Below are positions 41,500-53,200 of a stretch of DNA of 64,000 bases, piece after piece. Under the pieces are notes generated by a model. It was given only the letters and a program-made list of their open reading frames with translations. It was not told the DNA's origin and made no database searches. How positions within the stretch are numbered: the stretch's first letter is position 1; each line of letters starts with the position of its first letter. A program made the position numbers and the translations under genes. This stretch comes from Sphyrna mokarran (lineage: Eukaryota): assembly GCA_024679065.1 (NCBI GenBank), contig JAGIQG010000004.1, forward strand, positions 73,656,001 to 73,720,000. Direction: 5' to 3'.

Positions 41500-41576
41500 G
41501 TTCTTATGCGACAGGGTTACGATGCTGCATGTGACATCTGGAGCCTTGGAGTGCTTCTGTACACCATGTTGGCTGG
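41500..41576 (+). CDS. RPS6KA6: RSK4 exon ([26 protein letters not shown])
   Basis: cttttcag|gtt and gg|gtaggt, 77 bp. Confidence 0.96.
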
Positions 41577-42362
41577 GTAGGTAGAGCTAAACTCACCAAG
41601 ATTCCATTTGTATTGCGTCACCTGGTCTTTACATTATGTCAAACCTCAGTATCATTCTCAAACCAGTACTTCTCCAACATATTAAATAAGATCTTCTCGA
41701 ACATGGAAAATTGATATGCAAGTAAGGCTTCTGTATTAACCTGTGTCTAATGAAAGCATTTTAAATTGAGAGATTTCTGGTGTTCCAGCACCATTTCAGT
41801 TTTAGCCAACCAGATGTGCTTCATAATATCTTTGCATTGAGCTGTCTTTATGTTTGGAACTGTTACTTAGTTTGGTGCTTAAATCTCTTTGTTTACTGTT
41901 CTCCTCTTGACTGCCGTTAATCTTGATTATTTTATTGAGTTAATCATACTATTCTTTTCAGATTATGTTATTAAACAAATATGAAACATCAAACCTGATA
42001 CTTAAAAATTATTTCATGGGATTTGAATGTCATTGGCAAGGCTAGTATTTGTTGGCAATCTCTAATTGCTCTTGAGAGGTAGTGACGAGCTGCCTTCTTG
42101 AACTGGACAGACTATCTGTTGTAGATGCACACACAGTGCTATTGTTTTTCTGGTACCTAGATTGCTAATGAATGACAGTGTTGGACCATTGACCTGTCAT
42201 GATGTGGAAGTGAAAATTAAAGTTCAAAGGCTGAAGACAAAGTTAGTGCTTAAGTTAGTATGTTTAAATGGATTGCAGGAAATATAGTTTTGCCCTTTGC
42301 ATAGAATGATTATATGTCTCAGATTTATTTCTGGCATAGAATTTTTTAAGTGTTGTGTCGTT

Positions 42363-42417
42363 CCCCCCCCCACCACCACCACCACCACCGCGCACACGCA
42401 CCACCACCACCACCACC
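42363..42417. repeat. Poly-C plus interrupted (CAC)n microsatellite
   Basis: Direct reading. Confidence 0.9.
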
Positions 42418-43902
42418 TGGAAATCATTGAACCTCCTTTGGCTGTACACGAAGCTCCAGATTCGAATGGCTTGTCATGCTTTCTCCTGCAGTGCAGAATC
42501 AAATGTAACCAAGAGAGATGATAATTAGCGATGTTCCCTGTGTTGCGGCCAGTGCTGGATCCCACCACTGCTGCTGAGTGGAGTTCATGCTTCTCTTCTG
42601 TCTCGATAAACATTTTACTTGTTAGTTGCATCCTCTCTTTGTACTTTATCCAAAACATTTCTTCACTGAGCTGTGTGTAATTTGAAGTTCATATTCCCAA
42701 GACTGCACCGGTTCTGAATCTTTGTTAAACTGCAAAATTCCTAACAAACTTGTACAACAACAAAATTGAACATGAATGGCACTTATAGTGTATGACAGTA
42801 TTGCAGTTTATGTTGAAATTTGATTTATAAACAGTTTCCCCAAATTAAAAGTTTTGAAAGAAAATTGAGAAGTGAACTAGGGATGTTTTTTTTCATGGAG
42901 GGACTGAAAATTTTTAACCTGAATGTCAAGTTTAGTGAACTTTTCTAATCTGGCCAATGTGATCAAAATCCAAGCTACAAAATACAAATGAAAATATTTT
43001 AGGAGTTTGGATCTCTAAAAACATTTGAATATATTACAATACGGCCCCAGTTTAACCCCAGACAGTGCTCACTGAATTTTTTTTGCTTGTTGTAAAATTG
43101 CTGGTGCCAGATAAACAGCTATTGTACTGTTACTTTTCTGAAAAGTTTGAATTTTTTCCACTGCTTTTGCATTCTGGGATTGATTTTTAATTATTGCTTT
43201 AATAAGAAGAGGAATAAGAAGAGAAATTAAGAAGGTTCCTCTTCTTAATTTACTGCAGTAAATTATCCTCTCGTTCCTCTTTGAATACAAGTTCAACCTG
43301 GCTAGTGTGTGAACTTTTTTAATGTTTGGCTCAGCAGGTAGAGACATATGGATATAAGTAGGTTAGAATTACTATCATCAACATTACAGAATGAATAATT
43401 TACATGGTTGCATGAAGTTGCTCTCTTTTACTATTTAAGAACAAGCTTATCTGTTTAAAATTATTAAAAGGATTTGTTATTTTAAATGGGTTAATATCTA
43501 CACTGAAATAGTAAAAGAAGGTGTATAAATGCATTATGTTCATTGTGGATAGCATACTTTCTAGCCTAAATTGTATCTGTTATGTCAATGTTGTTGGTGA
43601 ATTAAATTGAACTTAGTGCAGAAGAAAGGCTATCAATTTCTGGTTTTACATCTCTTTAAACGGCGTTATGGACACTTGCACTCATTCAGTACTACTTTCT
43701 CTATCATTGAACATAACTGATGAGGAAGTTTCATTTGCAAAAAACAGTGATTATTTCAAACTTTGAATTGTCAAACTGAGTTAAAGGATTGGACATTTTG
43801 GCACTGCAAAACTAGTGAGCTGATAAGAAGTGCTATCATGCAGTCATTGGGCTGATGACAGCAAGGAATTTTAGAAGACAGCAGAGTAAAAGTTACTTTG
43901 CA

Positions 43903-44057
43903 ACCAAAAGAAAAAGTGCTGGAAAATCATTGACAAAGGGTCATCTGGATTCGAAGTATCAGCTGTTTTCTCACTTCATAGATGCTGCCAGACCTGCTGA
44001 GATTTTTCCAGCATTTTCTCTTTCAGATTCCAGCATCTCCAGTAATTTGCCCTTTTA
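43903..44057. mobile_element. Short copy of the same inverted-repeat family with 15-bp TSD
   Basis: aaaagttactttgca at 43888-43902 and 44058-44072; gatgctgccagacctgctgagatttttccagcatttt matches 34870-34910. Confidence 0.75.
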
Positions 44058-44652
44058 AAAAGTTACTTTGCAGCTGATTACATATTGTTAAAAATGCATT
44101 CGCTGGGATTCTCTGGCATGCCCGTGGTGTTCTTGGTGGTATGCCGTTGGCTAGTGGTGGAGTGTGCCTTTACACCATCAGCAGGGCAAATGATTGCTGG
44201 CGTGGAGAATCAGAAGATTGTGCCATTAGTCCATATAGCCATAAACACTTTTAGCCTTTGATGACCAGCTGTTTGTAGTAAAGTAAATGACTTTCTTCTT
44301 TTAATGATTGAGGCATAGTGTACAAATGAGCAGCACAGTTTGGCTCCCACTTTGCAAATTGCAGTCGCCTTCAGAGTGCTATAATTGACCCCAAATTGGG
44401 AATAAAATAATTGGCCAAACTTCTGACTTCTGTCCGAATGCATGTTATGGATGTCAGGTGAGATGAGGACATCATCAGGATTGGCTGTGGTGAGTCACAT
44501 AGGTTGCACTAGGCTTGCATGTGAAACATAGCCACTGATGAAAGGAAGGCAATCAATATCAAAGAACCATATTTGTTGCTGCCACAAGCAAATTGGAAAG
44601 TATGAGCATGAGTTTTTGTTAAATCACAAATTCATCTTTTCACATACTGTAG

Positions 44653-44770
44653 CTATACTCCTTTTGCCAATGGACCAAATGATACTGCAGAAGAAATTTT
44701 ATTACGAATAGGAAGCGGCAAATTCTCACTGAGTGGAGGCAACTGGGATACAGTCTCAGATGCAGCTAAG
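44653..44770 (+). CDS. RPS6KA6: RSK4 exon ([39 protein letters not shown])
   Basis: actgtag|c and aag|gtaagg, 118 bp. Confidence 0.96.
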
Positions 44771-45399
44771 GTAAGGATACTGTGCCAGTACAATTATGGT
44801 AGCAGTTAAAATTTGCTTGTAAGTATAATGTAACATTTTAAAAATAAAACTGAGAGAAAATTGATGGGTTAATTGGCCATTGAACAATTCATGTTGCCAA
44901 AAGCTGCATTTCTCCTTCAGTGACTTTTGATTGTGCTGTCACTTAACTGAATTGCATTGATATCCAGTCTAGGCAAGGTGAGCACTAATAGTATTAAAGT
45001 AGAAATAATTTTCATTTTTGCACTCAGCACAATTTCATAGTCTTGAAGCTTGTACAGTTCAGTCCAACAGCAAAATTGTGCTTCAGGAGTTGAAGTGTTG
45101 CCTTGTGCTTTGGCTCTGAATAATATTGTTTGATTACTATGAAAGTATTGGCAATTTTTTGGTGCTAATATAAATCACTGAGAACCAGGTTAAAGCAGTG
45201 TTGAGTGGGCCAATGTAATCAAGCTAAAGGATTTTTTAATCTGGAGTTGTCAGACAGTGGATAAAGAACTCTGTGCTTACCCCCTCAAATTTTCATGTTA
45301 ACTTCCCAAGTGAAGATCTATTACATCACGACTTTGTTCACATCACAATATTATTCATGTGAGCTCTGTTATAAGTAGGCTGGCAGCTAAAATTCAGTA

Positions 45400-45905
45400 G
45401 CAAACAGCGAGAGATATATTTTGGTAGCTAGAATGAGGTGAAATAAATTAAATGGTACAATTTCAGAAAGAGTGCAAAAGCACAGAATTGGGGGAGTACA
45501 CACACAAATCTTTAAAGATGGCAGGACAAGTTTAGAAGGCCAGTGAAGAATTACACAAAATTCTTTGCTTTAAAATAAAAATGCAGAATACAAAAACAAG
45601 AAAGTTGTGCTCAGCTTTTACGCAACACTGGATGAGCCACAGCTGAAGTATTGCGTTTAGTTGAAGGAAAGATGAGAAGATCTGAAAGATAATGCAGAAG
45701 AGATTTACTGGAATGGTACTCGTGATGAGAAGTTGGGGTGGTTATCCTTGGGGTGCGGAGTAGATTTGATACAACTGCTTAAAATTATGCATTTTTTTGA
45801 GAGTCTAAATAAGGAGAAGCAATCTCTAGTGATCAAAGAGTCAATAACCAGACGATGCAAATTTAAGGTGATTGGTAAAAGAGCTAGGGATGACGTGGGG
45901 ATTTT
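45400..45905 (+). mobile_element. Degraded CR1 ORF2 C-terminal fragment
   Basis: ccacagctgaagtattgcgtttag resembles PQLEYCVQ; followed by gcagaagagatttactggaatggtac. Confidence 0.6.
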
Positions 45906-46266
45906 TAATTCAACTTAATTCTACATTTCTGTAGAGCCAAATTACTAGTAGATACTTCTAATGTTGGACTTGATATAATGAATATGAAGAATAGTTTGGT
46001 AATGGGTATGAGCCACATACTGTGCTTGTGTCTCCTATATTACTCTCCTAGTTTTGTCAGAGAAAGATTCTTATGTTCTCAGCTTGACCCAGATTTAAAC
46101 TAATGTCCCTGAGTTAAAAAGCAAGTCTTTAACTCTTCACAGTAGCCATATCCAGAATTAATTTTCAATTATTCTTTAAACAGTTTTCATCAATATCAGC
46201 ATATCCAGTTGTACTCTTAGCTTTAAAGAGTGATTTTAAATGCTTTCCTTCAATTCTGAAATCCAG

Positions 46267-46407
46267 GATTTGTTGTCCAATATGCTTCATGTCGATCCCC
46301 ATCAAAGATTCACAGCTGAGCAGGTGCTCAAGCATCCCTGGATTGCTTGTCGGGATCAGCTACCACATTTCCAATTAAACCGACAGGATGCACCTCATCT
46401 GGTAAAA
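46267..46407 (+). CDS. RPS6KA6: RSK4 exon ([47 protein letters not shown])
   Basis: aatccag|gat and aaa|gtaagt, 141 bp. Confidence 0.96.
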
Positions 46408-46457
46408 GTAAGTGTTATCATAGGTTTATTGACCCTTGGTCTGTTATGTTTAAATTC

Positions 46458-46637
46458 ATGTGGAGATGCCGGCGTTGGATTGGGGTAAACACAGTAAGAA
46501 GTCTCACAATACCAGGTTAAAGTGCAACAGATTTATTTGATAGTAAACACCACAAGGTTTCGGAGCGCTGTTTCTCACTCACCTGATGAAGGAACGGCGT
46601 TCCGAAAGCTTGTGGCGTTTACTATCAAATAAACGTG
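46458..46637. mobile_element. Miniature inverted Penelope pseudo-LTR element
   Basis: Begins with the same atgtggagatgccggcgttgga terminus as 22410; internal inverted repeat tttatttgatagtaaacaccacaa / ttgtggcgtttactatcaaataaa; flanked by atgtttaaa direct repeat (46446, 46638). Confidence 0.85.
46579..46615 (+). ncRNA. Minimal hammerhead ribozyme motif, sense to RPS6KA6 pre-mRNA, in the last intron
   Basis: tcac-CTGATGA-a-ggaac ggc gttcc-GAAA-gc-TT-gtgg: stem I tcac/gtgg, 5-bp stem II. Confidence 0.7.
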
Positions 46638-47428
46638 ATGTTTAAACTGGCTGTGATACTTGCATAACCATGTATGTTTTACAGAGCACTAAAAGTGCTC
46701 TGAGCTATTGTTTGCTCTCTTAGAAAATAGAGTACTAATAGAGTTCCCAAAGATTGGATTGAATTAAATGCAACAGGAATTTGTTAAATTTGTTAATGAC
46801 ATTTTATTGCTTATTATAAAAAACTGCATATCTCGCTTGTTCAAAAATATCAAAAAATGCATTAAATATTTCATTTTTCAGTTCAGCGATGACATTGCAT
46901 GCAATAATTATCAAAGTGGCTGAGAGCATCAGCATGTGTTCACTGTAAACTCACTTGCCCATGTGTTGATGTGTTACATCAAGTGATCATGGGCAGAAGT
47001 AGCCACATGGATAGATGAGATAGAAGGACTAAAGGGCAGATGACTAGTGGTACTGTACCCCATCACAGGGACAGCATACTTGGGAATTATTTTGGGGGGG
47101 AAAACATACAACTTTCCCTAAAATAAATTTGCAGCTTTTGCCTGCAAAGTGTTGCAGTAACATGTTTTCATTATAATAATGGAAATAAGCATCAGCCAGA
47201 AATATATAATATACTTCTGCTTTTACTTGTAAGCAATTAAACTGCCTTTGATTATTGAATTGATAATCGGAGTGAAGAGTCCTGTTTTTCAGTCCCAGTT
47301 TATCCACTGAGAAATGTTGGTTTCCAAAATTGTGTAGAGAAAGAAACTATTTAATTTTGATGATCTGAAGTAAAGAACATGGTATTTCAGTGTTGTGTTT
47401 CCTAATAAAGATCTGTCCTTATTTTTAG

Positions 47429-47554
47429 GGTGCCATGGCTGCTACATATTCTGCCCTCAACCACAAGACCCTTCGTCCAGTGTTGGAGCCAGTTGCAGCT
47501 TCAAGTTTAGCCCAACGCAGAGTCATGAAAAAACTTACCTCAACAGACTTATGA
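47429..47554 (+). CDS. RPS6KA6: RSK4 last coding exon ([41 protein letters not shown]) with ERK-docking LAQRR and class I PDZ-binding tail
   Basis: tttttag|ggt acceptor, TGA at 47552-47554. Confidence 0.96.
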   Translation, partial: GAMAATYSALNHKTLRPVLEPVAASSLAQRRVMKKLTSTDL

Positions 47555-49512
47555 AATATGTATAAACCAACAACATATGACTTTTTCAATTGACTTGAAT
47601 GGCAGCAAGTTCCTGGTGGTTGCACTAACTTAAGAGTTTTTGCTTTTCCTTATTTTTTTACTTTGAGTATTGGGAGATCAAGCTACCAAATCAAGACGAA
47701 GGATTAGGTTCACTGGAAGATGGAGCGATAAGGTTTTATCAGTTATAGAAAAAGTTACAGAGGCTTATTCATCTCACTAAATACAGACAGGTTTACATCA
47801 TGGAAGTTGAATCTTATTGCAATTCTGAAAAGGGCATACTAATTCTGATCAAGGTGGCAGTGGGATCAGCAAAGTATGGAAGATGGTCGCTGATGGCCAC
47901 ATTCAGAGCTTTTATGTGATCTTGTTCTGAGGCATTGGTTAATTAGACTTTGTATATTATTTATTTACTTTCATTTTCAAGAAATACAGTACTTTTAGAT
48001 AAAGTTTTATTTTGATGTCAATTTATATATTGTCATTAAAATGTCATATTGCACATCACTTCTGGATTGTATTAAGTTGTCCAACAGCCTTAATATTGCT
48101 CCTTAACAAATATTCTTTATTTGGTTTTCCACTTTTTCTGAAATTTCTGGACAGCACTTGAATTTCTGCATTTTTGTAATGAGATAAATACTGTCCAAAA
48201 GGTACATTTGACAATGTTTCACCTTTTATGGTTGAGATATTACAGTGAAATCTAGAAAATACTGACATGTAGGGTAAGCGCATTAATCATACTAAGGTAG
48301 AGGATCCTGCAGTCCCTTCAAGTAATTTCTGAAGAGAGAAATGAAAACATTAGTATTCTGTGATGTTGACATACTTCATCTTTGTGTTCATCACAATAAC
48401 ATTTTGATTTCTTCAGTTTGCTGTGGTTTATGAAGTTGCAGATAGCTAACAATGTCATCTGCATGGCGAGTCTAAACCTGCAACACTGCTTGTCCCATAT
48501 TCTAGTCATGGTCATATTTTCAAAATCAACCAACTTGTGTAATTGGATTAAATTAGAATCTTGGCCCTAAGCAAATGGAAAACTACAATAAAGATAAGAC
48601 ATTTTAACAATGCTTTCACTTTTATATTATATAATCTCTTCCAGCTATAAGAATCCTGCACAATTTCAGTGTTGATCACAATCCTTGCTGTCACATTTGT
48701 GAAAGAAAGTCTTTGACGTATGCTGCCTGAATAATACAATTCACGAAAGTGTCTCCAGTAATCCGATTATGTTTATGAATTTGCTGGAAAGCCAGGTGAA
48801 TGAAATATCTCTGAAGGACATCATTGCAATTATTCATAATGTGTCCATTTTCTTAAATTCACGTGTCACACTGGTGATTTGTGCAGAGCCATTTATGTAG
48901 AATTTGGTTCAGATTTTGTTGTGCTAGTAATAGCAAAACTGTTGGCACTCATTATTATTGGGTAAAACTGACAGCAACACGTACGCATTTAAACACAGAA
49001 ATCCACCAGTTGCTATCAGTAATGCTCTGCTTCTCCACAGGATGGTGCTATTTCAGTCTTCACAGATGGAACCCACACTGTGAATAAGGCATATTTTGGG
49101 GATGTGGGGAAAGAACCTGTTGGGTAGCAAGTTGTGGTGACCTGGAACTGGCTGCTTATAAATGTAGCGGATCTAGAGAATATTAGTAATTTCAGAAGGA
49201 AATTGGATGCACACTTCAGTGAAATTAACTACAGGGATAGAGTGGAGAATGGGACTAATTGGAGTACTCAGACAGCCGTTGTCAGCTTGATGGGCCAAAT
49301 GGCCACCTCTTATGCTGTAATGACTTTGATTCTTATTATCCACTATTCACGCACTAAAGATCAATGGATCAGCTTAAGCTTTTTCAATCAGGAGTAACTT
49401 TGAGTTTTTAACAGCGTAGAAAGTCATAATTACTGCTGAACAACTCTGAAAAATGAATTTCACAAATATGAAGTTTAATGCGCTTGGATGAAAATGAAAG
49501 TTGAATTTATCA

Positions 49513-49518
49513 AATAAA
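49513..49518 (+). terminator. Candidate RPS6KA6 polyadenylation signal (3' UTR about 2 kb)
   Basis: AATAAA followed by a T/GT-rich tract (gtttttgtatttggtcttttatgtc). Confidence 0.5.
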
Positions 49519-50218
49519 ATTAGATTAATTTTTTAATATAGTTTTTGTATTTGGTCTTTTATGTCTTTCCCTTAATCTCACATGTGTATCTCTATCTTCA
49601 CTTTGTATGCAATGATTTAAATGTGATTTATATTTTTTTTTACTTCCTGCTTTGCCACCTGTGAGAAATCTTCAAGCTGACTGGCACTCTTTTGCTTGCT
49701 CTGCTTACGGGTGCCCCATGTCTTCTATTGAGCTCAAATCAGCTAAATGCCCAAAGAATAGAAATCTCTGCGACAAACCTGCTAAAATTCCCTGGGCAAT
49801 TTCTTGATGTGAACTGGTGCAAGCCATTCCTTTGCTACTTATGACAAATTTTTGGGCCATTACCATTGATTGTGGATAGTATATTACAAGTCTTTTTTTC
49901 TGTTAATATATTTTAGTTTTATTGTAACAGTCATAGCTAAAATAATGTCTCACAAATGTTTGATTCTGGCCAACATTTTGGTCTTCCCCCAGGTTTTGAT
50001 GATGAAGTGTTTGAAATAAGAGTTTTGCAAGTAGGAACTCCAACTTGTCAGAGAACAACTTATCCTTAGACCAAAAAGATGATGCAGTTTGAGCTTTCTG
50101 TAACATTTGTAAGACCATTCATAACTCAGATATCTAAAGGTTGTAAATTAATATTTCTCAGAACCTGTACAATCGGAATTTAACTGTCTTGAAATCATTT
50201 GTGGTAATCTTCAATGGT

Positions 50219-53200
50219 TGATATGACCGAGTCAGAAGAAGTGAACCACTTCAGTTCTATTCCATCCATTTGGTTGCAACAAAGGTTTTAAAATTTATTT
50301 TCCTCATTAACGCTTTTTCCAATTCAAGTGTGTTAATAAGAAACTAATCAAAGCAGGTTTTCTTGAGTCAAAGAAAGCATAAATTTATTAGCTACTAAAC
50401 TCGAGAAAAAAATAGAGACACACACAGAATTGAAGTAAAAAAGTTACCAGTCCAATAAATAAACGAACATATGACTGAACTCATTTGCTTGTCCTTGAGG
50501 CATATATTGTTGAACATTGCGGCTTAAGTTAGTTGGTTTCCTGTGGAATTCTGAAATTCATTTATTTCAGATCTGCACTTTGTTGAAGACGCTTTTAGTT
50601 TCAGAGAAAGAGAGTTTGTTTCTGCTCTCTTCCAGCAGTGTTTTCAGATGATTATGATAATTTTTTTGATTTCCTCCTGATTCTGCTTGGAAATTTCTAA
50701 AACCCCTTCTGTATAGTCTCAAGAAGAAATAAGATTAGAATGCCTTACAAATCTTGTTGCAGACCAAGTAATTCCATTTTTTGAAATGTTGATCTCTGTA
50801 ACGTTTGATATATTTCAGGATAGAAATCAACAGAGATGGGATTATTTTGTAATAATAATAATAACAGGAGGTTTTGAATGCCTGTTGAGTATTTGGCTGG
50901 TTAGCTGTTCCCATAGTCCTGATAGAGCTACAACTGATCAAAGTCCATGACTTTGCATTTTTAATGCTTTCCTTTCAGGAGAGTCATTGTTTAAAGTGGG
51001 TCTCGACACCCCGCCCGGGCTGTGAAATTCCATGCAACAGGTCTGCACTACAATTCGTAGAGAAATTTGCCAGAGAAGTGGTCAGCTTACAATATTTGAC
51101 ACCAGGTGGCTTGTGGCATGATTTTTGATCTGTGTCTTGTATTTTTTTTTAAACAGGTCTCTGTTAAATAGTTCCATATGTGTGTGGTTAGCTGGTGAAG
51201 TTGTAAATAGATCTTAATCACAGCTTCTCATTGTCTTACCTACCTCTCACAAAGAATGAAATGAGATTCAATTGAATTTCGTTACAAGAACGGAAAAAAA
51301 AACACATTCACTGTAATTTATTTTTTTAATGTTAGTCTAGATTATCTTCTCAGTTCTAACTGGACCTCTAAATTTTGTAAGAAGTCTCACAACACCAGGT
51401 CCAACAGATTTATTTGGTAGCAAACACCACTAGCTTTTGAAGCGCTGTTCCTTCGTTAGGTGAGTGGGAAGTCTGATAACAAACAGGACATATCAAGACA
51501 CAAACTCAATTTACATGAATAATGATTGGAATGTGAATCTTTACAGCTAATCGAATCTTAAAAGGTACAGACAGTGAGAGTGGAGAGAGCTTTAAACACA
51601 GGTTAAAGAGATGTGTATTGTCTCCAGCCAGGATGGTCAGTGAGATTTTGCAAGTCCAGGCAAATCATGGGGGGTTACAGATAATGTGACATGAACCCAA
51701 GATCCCTCATGTGTGTGAAACTTGGCTATCAGTCTCTGCTCAGCAACTCTGCCCTGTCTTGTGTCATATAAGCCACCTTGCAGAATATTTACCCGAAGAT
51801 CAGGAGCCGAATGTCTGTGACCACTGAAGTGTTCCCCAACGGGAAGAGAACGGTCTTGTTTGGTGACTGTCGAGTGGTGTTCATCCATGTCAGAGTATCT
51901 GCACGGTATCCCCAACATACGTTGCCTCAGGCCATCCTTTCCTGCAGCGTATCAGGTAGATAACGTTGGCCAAATTGCAAGAGTATGTACTCTCTACCTA
52001 GTGGATGGTGTTCTCATGTGAGATGATGGCATCTGTGTCAATGATCCAGCACGTCTTGTAGAAGTTGCTGTGGCAGGGTTGTCTGCTGTTGTGGTCACTG
52101 TTCTCCTCAAGGCTGGGTAATTTGCTGCGGACAATGTCTGTTTGAGGTTGTGCGATTGTTTGAAGGCAAGAAGTGGAGGTGTGGGGATGGCCTTGGCGAG
52201 ATGATTGTCTTCATCAATGACACGTTGAAGGCTCCAGAGAAGATGTCATAGCTTCTCTGCTCCAGGAAAGTACTGGATGACGAAGGGTACTTTGTCGACC
52301 GTGTCCCTTCTTGTCTTCTGAGGAGGTCAGTATAATTTTTTTGCTGTGGTGCGTTGGAACTATTGATCAATGAGTCGAGCATTCTGAGTTTTGAAGTTTT
52401 TCGAAAAGAACTGGTTGTGGTCGGTATACACAACAATCTCTGTATCCATTTCAGACATAGATCTCATCATATTTGAGAAGCAGTAATAGGGTTTCCTTTT
52501 CTATTTCCAAGCATTGTTCCGATGTTTAGTTTTTTGGAGAAATACCTGATTGGTGTCTCTATTCCTGATTTACTCCTCCTAGTGGAGGACAGTCCCTACC
52601 CCGAAGTCGCTAATCACTGGCTATGTTAATTGCTTTGTTGAAATGTGGAGCAGTTAGCACTTATTCATTTATTAGAATGGCTTTCAGCTTTTCAAGACTG
52701 TCTGGAATTTCTTGGCCCATACTACTTTTACTTTATTCTGCAATATATCTGCCAGTAGAGCAGCTACAATCCTAAAACTTGCCATTACCTCGTTCATCAG
52801 CCTTTGAAAGGGTCCTCAGTATTTCTGAGTCCAAATAACTTGACTCAATGCTGTCTGGAGTTAGAAAAGATTTCCTTTGTATGGGCAGTTGAACCTGCCA
52901 ATATTCCTTAAGTAAGTCTGTCTAGGTCATGTAGATTGCTCTTTTTATACAATCTTCCTGGTGGAGGGTATCAGATAGAATTGATTCTTGTCACTGAATT
53001 AACTTTTCTATAGCCAGTGAAGAGCCTTGTGGATTCATATGGCTTGGGTGTGAACACAACTGAGGAGCTCCAGCTATTAGGCTTTAATGGTTAGTTCTCT
53101 AGTGTGTCATTAATCTCCTCCAAAACCTGAGTTTGTTTTCTTGGACCTAAATGATAGGGATGCTGCCTTATGTGACGCGTATCTCCCACATTTGCAGCAT

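Noticed and set aside
42224-42658. ORFs with poly-W/V/G/T/H runs
   Set aside because: Translations of the (CAC)n microsatellite.
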